64,000 bases of DNA from the NCBI GenBank assembly GCA_950097015.1, contig CATNEN010000034.1, forward strand, positions 5,084,001-5,148,000, written 5' to 3'. The notes beneath the pieces are model-generated. The model saw nothing but the letters and a program-made list of their open reading frames with translations. It searched no databases and had not been told where the DNA came from. This DNA is from Macrostomum hystrix. Taxonomy: Eukaryota; Animalia; Platyhelminthes. Shown in pieces: positions 58,993-64,000 of the stretch (positions are counted from its first letter, which is position 1; every line of letters starts with the position of its first letter). The translations under genes were made by a program, and so were the position numbers.

Positions 58993-59292
58993 GTAGCCTC
59001 TTGTGGTTAGAGTGTCGGACTCAACGACTTGAAGGTTGGAGGTTCGATTCCTGACTGCATTGGAACAATTTGTGTCTTTAACAAGACACTTAACTCTGCA
59101 TTGCTTCAGTTCATCCAGCTATTAAATGGGTGCCAGCATTTGCTGGGGTAATTGAGGGTGGCTGTGGCGTGTTCCAGTCCATGGACTGAACGCAGTCTTC
59201 AGATGCGCCGCGCAGTAGCTTCGGCTGTGCTGTCGGCTGCTCACCTGGCACAACTGGCGCAGGTGTAATCAATTATTAATTAATAATTAAAT
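58993..59292 (+). mobile_element. tRNA-derived SINE, copy 2
   Basis: Aligns end to end with copy 1 (TTGTGGTTAG, GGTTCGATTCCTGACT, CAAGACACTTAACTCT, CAGTCCATGGACTGAAC, CAGATGCGCCGCGCA, GTGTAATCAATTATT) with scattered substitutions. Confidence 0.85.
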
Positions 59293-59714
59293 TGACAGAG
59301 AAGTCAAGAAGCTAAACAAGAGTAAGGCAGCGTAATAGACGGGGGTAACAAACGGAAACCCAATATAGGACCAGACAATAATCAAGCGTGTTTTGCTAAT
59401 TTTTTTCAATGTCGTTATTAGACTCGGATGCAAACCCATGCAGACAGTGGTTAGTTGCATTACAGTAATTCCGATTTCTACCTGATATTGCGCGACTATT
59501 CGCTTTAATTTATGGGAAACTAAAAGCATAACTATACGCACTTTAAATTTGTTATAAGCAAGTCAAATATGGCAATAGGAAGAGTTATAGAACTTCCAAT
59601 CACATAAACCACTTTATTGAGCCTTATTCTCAACAGAAAAGCTCAGTAGGACCCTTTCCATCTAGTTTTCTTTGACTGAAAAAGAGCAATCGACATGGTG
59701 CAACATTCATTCTA

Positions 59715-60420
59715 TGTCTGATACCCCGACACCCTGATACCCCGACACCCTGATACCCCGACATTCTGATACCCCGACACCCTGATACCCCGACACCCTG
59801 ATACCCCGACACCCTGATACCCCGACACCCTGATACCCCGACACCCTGATACCCCGACCTCCTGATACCCCGACACCCTGATACCCCGACACCCTGATAC
59901 CCCGACACCCTGATACCCCGACACCCTGATACCCCGACACCCTGATACCCCGACACCCTGATACCCCGACACCCTGATACCCCGACACCCTGATACCCCG
60001 ACACCCTGATACCCCGACACCCTGATACCCCGACACCCTGATACCCCGACACCCTGATACCCCGACCTCCTGATACCCCGACACCCTGATACCCCGACAT
60101 TCTGATACCCCGACACCCTGATACCCCGACACCCTGATACCCCGACCTCCTGATACCCCGACACCCTGATACCCCGACACCCTGATACCCCGACACCTTG
60201 ATACCCCGACACCCTGATACCCCGACCCCCTGATACCCCGACACCCTGATACCCCGACCTCCTGATACCCCGACACCCTGATACCCCAACACCCTGATAC
60301 CCCGACATTCTGATACCCCGACACCCTGATACCCCGACACCCTGATACCCCGACCTCCTGATACCCCGACACCCTGATACCCCGACATTCTGATACCTCG
60401 ACACCCCGACAACCTGACGT
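59715..60420. repeat. 16-bp minisatellite ACCCTGATACCCCGAC
   Basis: Read directly. Confidence 0.95.
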
Positions 60421-60662
60421 CTAAGCTTGTACTATTGTCCAGTATTTGAATCGAGTGATAAAAATAGCTTTCCTATTTTACTTGCCTCTACCTAGTACTG
60501 AGTATTGCCAGCTTCTGATTGGTCGAGAGCACAGCTCGCTGCAGCGAGTTTTCTGGGATATTTAGGAAACAAAATTGGCAGCCGAGTGAGAAGAAGAGCG
60601 TTTTTTGGGGCTGCTTGAGACCCTTATCTGATCAGCAGACTAGCAGCGATCGGCAGTTGGAA

Positions 60663-63600
60663 ATGGATTATTATTCAAGTCCCATCAATGCTCCGCTGGT
60701 AAGATTTTGTTTACGCTCTTGTATCATTGCCCCACTATATCTATAATACGGGGTTCGATTTCGATGCCTCATGATTTTAGCGTACTCGATGTCGATTTTG
60801 ATACTGTTTTTCTCGACGCTATAAATCGCGACCTACATTTTTAGATTACTTTTCATAGTAGCAAAAAACTTTTCTCATCCCTGATTTGCCTTTCCTCTTG
60901 AAACGTTTGGATTTATTCTCCAATTTACTCGCAAAATGCAAGAAGAATTCACAATATCAGCTCAAATTTGAGAAAATTTTATTTTGGTCAACGATAACAA
61001 GTACCAAATACGTCACACATGGAAATTCTGAGCAAAGTACGTGCTCTTATTTTATCCTCAGAGTGTGAGCATGCCAGACTCCGTGATCGAAGAGATACTC
61101 GAATCGGAGCGCCAGTATCTCAAGCAGTTGTCTCCGGCAGAATGGCTCTGCGTAGCCCTGCAATTAGCTATCCTATTAGTTTCGCTGCTAGGCAACGGGC
61201 TATTTCTCTGCGTCGCCCTGTCTGACAGAGTCCTGAGGCGCCGCATCTCGTGCCTGATGCTGAACCTAAGCTGCTCAAACCTGCTCGTTAGCCTATTCTG
61301 CATCCCAGATCGGGTAGCGGCCATAATTACTAAGACGCATCTTATAGGCGATGTCGGCTGCAAATTGTCAGCTTTTGTTCACGGTAAGCGAAGCCAGTGT
61401 TTATTTTGCACTATCTACTCAAATATCATCCTAGTAGATAATTTCCTAAACTCACACAAGCACTTAAAAAGGCCTACTATTGCGATTTGTGTGTACTTAC
61501 ACTCGAATCTCTGATTTAATAGTGTTTACCTACTGTCCTTGAGGATCCCACTCAAAGCCTTAGAGAATAAGCGCGTTTTTGTCTAAGTTATTTTCTTTTT
61601 TCTTTCCTTCTTATCTCTTCGTGCGTCCCCAATGTTGTTCAGACTTTATTCAGACTTATTTCAAGAGAAATTTCGAATGGCAATGGGGCGTCAGATTTAA
61701 AAGCGTCAAATCAAGGTTGCCTCTGGTCGAAGAAGGTCAGGTTGAAGAAGTTTCTGGTCAAAGTGTCTGGTCGAAGAAGCATAAGGTCGAAGAAGCGTCA
61801 GGTTGAAGAAGCGTCAGGTCGAGGAAGCGTCAGGTTGAAGAAGTGTCAGGTCGAAGAATCGTCTAGTGGAAGAAGCGTCAGGTTGAAGAAGTGTCAGGTC
61901 GAAGAATCGTCTAGTGGAAGAAGCGTCAGGTTGAAGAAGTGTCAGGTCGAAGAATCGTCTAGTGGAAGAAGCGTCAGGTTGAAGAAGTGTCAGGTCGAAG
62001 AATCGTCTAGTGGAAGAAGCGTCAGGTTGAAGAAGTGTCAGGTCGAAGAATCGTCTAGTGGAAGAAGCGTCAGGTTGAAGAAGTGTCAGGTCGAAGAATC
62101 GTCTAGTGGAAGAAGCGTCAGGTTGAAGAAGCTTCTTGTCAAAGCGTTAGGTCAAAGAAGCGTCAGGTTGAAGAAGCTTCTTGTCAAAGCGTTAGGTCAA
62201 AGAAGCGTCAGGTTGAAGAAGCTTCTTGTCAAAGCGTTAGGTCAAAGAAGCGTCAGGTTGAAGAAGCTTCTTGTCAAAGCGTTAGGTCAAAGAAGCGTCA
62301 GGTTGAAGAAGCTTCTTGTCAAAGCGTTAGGTCAAAGAAGCGTCAGGTTGAAGAAGCTTCTTGTCAAAGCGTTAGGTCAAAGAAGCGTCAGGTTGAAGAA
62401 GCTTCTTGTCAAAGCGTTAGGTCAAAGAAGCGTCAGGTTGAAGAAGCTTCTTGTCAAAGCGTTAGGTCAAAGAAGCGTCAGGTTGAAGAAGCTTCTTGTC
62501 AAAGCGTCTGGTCGAGGAAGCGTCAACTCGAAGAAGCGTCTGGTCGAAGAAGCGTCAGGTCGAAGAAGTGCCAGGTCGAAGAAGTGCCAGGTCCAAGAAG
62601 CGACCCTTTCTATCCTTGTTTATCCTTTGAAGTTACTCTCCTAACCCTAGTATGAGCTGTTTACTCGTGGCTATGAAAACGTTGAAGACTAGCAGCGAAT
62701 CGTCCTTCAACTCGTCTATCATTGCAGCATTCGCCATGCTGCTGAACACTTTCTCGCTAGTCTCCATGGCGATAATCAGAGCCAGAATGAGTGCAGCAAC
62801 ACAGGCCGGGGCCAGGCGCCTTGCCAACCGCACCATGGCCGTCTTTGTAGCCCTGAGCTGGGCACTGGCCGCCGGGCTGTCGGCCCCGGCCCTCTTTGTC
62901 TACTCGCTGAAGATAATTCGTCTGCACCGGCCCCAGAATATGACGCTGAACTTCACAGAGAGAACCTTCGACACACCCTACCAGTACTGCACAGAGACAT
63001 CTTTTGGAGAACACTCGGCGAGGCAGGTCGCCTCCTTGGCGCTGCTGATTGTGCTGACCATATGTCCGCTGGCCATTATCTGCCTTAGCTATGGCATAGT
63101 GGCCAGAGCTATCTTGCGGCACTTTGCTCGACTAGAAAACGAACGAGCAGCCATCTCTATGCTGCTGCAGCGCTCAGTGGAGGAAGAAGAGCCGGTCGAT
63201 ATTGATGGTTCAACGGTGCAACAGCGACCGAAGCGGCAACCACAAACCTCTACTAGGTATGTCACTAGTACTAACAGTTTGAAACATTTGTCTTGAATGT
63301 ACATTCGTAAAAATCATTTCAAAGCTGGTATCATTTAGCGACAGTCGACCCGGAACCAACAAGAAGGCGATACAGCCCATTTCGTTTATCCCTGAGCACA
63401 GTCACTCATGAAGGTATGGAAATCAGCCCTGATTTTCTCAATGTCAGGTGGTGATATTCTGTCGTGTACACTTGCACGACAGAAGCCCAAATTAATATGG
63501 CCTCGCCATATTAACTTTTGTGCGTAAGTCGGATACAACCGCTACACCGCGCAACACTCATCTAGACTATTATTAAGGCATATTTATTTTTACTCAGTTT

Positions 63601-64000
63601 GTCATGTCACTTTTTGAGAATTTTCGGCTTTGCAACTGCAGACTGAGTCTTTAAATATTTCGTAAATAATCGTCAGTGTGGCGATAGGTGCAACAAGCAA
63701 TCGTGATGCACGAAATCAGCAGCAGCAGCCACTGGCTCCAGAATCCGGCACTCACAAGAGAGCCCTTCGAACCATCGTCATCCTGGTTGTCTGTTTCTTC
63801 ATCTGCTGGCTACCAAAGGAGCTGCTAATTGTCCTGCTAAACTTTATATGGCGCAAGCCGGTGCCAGGTGGCCAGCCGGCGGTTGGCATCCTGCTGCGCA
63901 ACCTCCTGGATTACGCCACCATCCTGCAGTACGCGCACACAGCACTGTCCGCCTTCCTCTATCCGTACCTGAGCTCGGACTATCGCGCCAGGGTGCAACA
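60663..64000 (+). CDS. Divergent class A (rhodopsin-like) peptide-type GPCR, N-terminus orexin/allatotropin-receptor-like, 3' partial; join(60663..60698,61062..61383,62728..63256,[63325..63413],63677 or 63688..>64000)
   Basis: TM1 LLVSLLGNGLF, TM2 LNLSCSNLLVSLFCIP, TM3 GCKLSAFVH-AFAMLLNTFSLVSMAIIRA, TM4 LSWALAAGLSAP, ECL2 Cys (QYCTE), TM5 TICPLAIICLSY, TM6 FFICWLPKE, TM7 QYAHTALSAFLY. Exon 1 and the ICL3 exon are less certain; subfamily assignment is tentative. Confidence 0.8.
61715..62600. repeat. Compound 48-bp then 45-bp minisatellite built from GAAGAAGCGTCAGGTT subunits (GPCR intron 2)
   Basis: Read directly; 16-aa then 15-aa periodicity in the ORF track. Confidence 0.93.

Noticed and set aside
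61742-62644. 300-aa Lys/Arg-rich ORF
   Set aside because: Translation of 48- and 45-bp repeats lying inside GPCR intron 2.
62652-62727. ORF-track start MSCLLVAMK as the GPCR N-terminus
   Set aside because: TM1-TM3 are encoded at 61062-61383; this stretch is intronic sequence upstream of the CAG acceptor at 62727.

Overview
Eukaryotic (invertebrate animal) genomic DNA, not prokaryotic: spliced genes with GT-AG introns separated by about 35 mutually unrelated minisatellite arrays. That architecture resembles the flatworm Macrostomum, but the assignment is inference only. Five protein-coding genes were reconstructed by hand with phase-consistent splice junctions: (1) an intronless IER (immediate-early response, IER2/IER5-like) gene, + strand; (2) a 3-exon Ptf1a/Fer1 bHLH gene retaining both RBPJ-binding Trp motifs, + strand; (3) a 10-exon, 913-aa membrane-anchored CLCA zinc-metalloprotease/VWA protein, - strand; (4) a 4-exon, 614-aa Gab/DOS PH-domain docking protein, - strand; (5) a divergent class A peptide-type GPCR running off the window end, + strand. 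Also present: two full copies and one fragment of a tRNA-derived SINE with a CORE-like middle and a structured 3' hairpin domain, and a 541-bp TA-flanked MITE. Most long ORFs in the track are artefacts of tandem repeats. No CRISPR, rRNA or bona fide tRNA. I did not find a clearly new multi-gene system; the best leads are the structured SINE, the one-minisatellite-per-intron pattern with palindromic cores, the CLCA apparently lacking its cleavage loop, and the GPCR with lost activation motifs.
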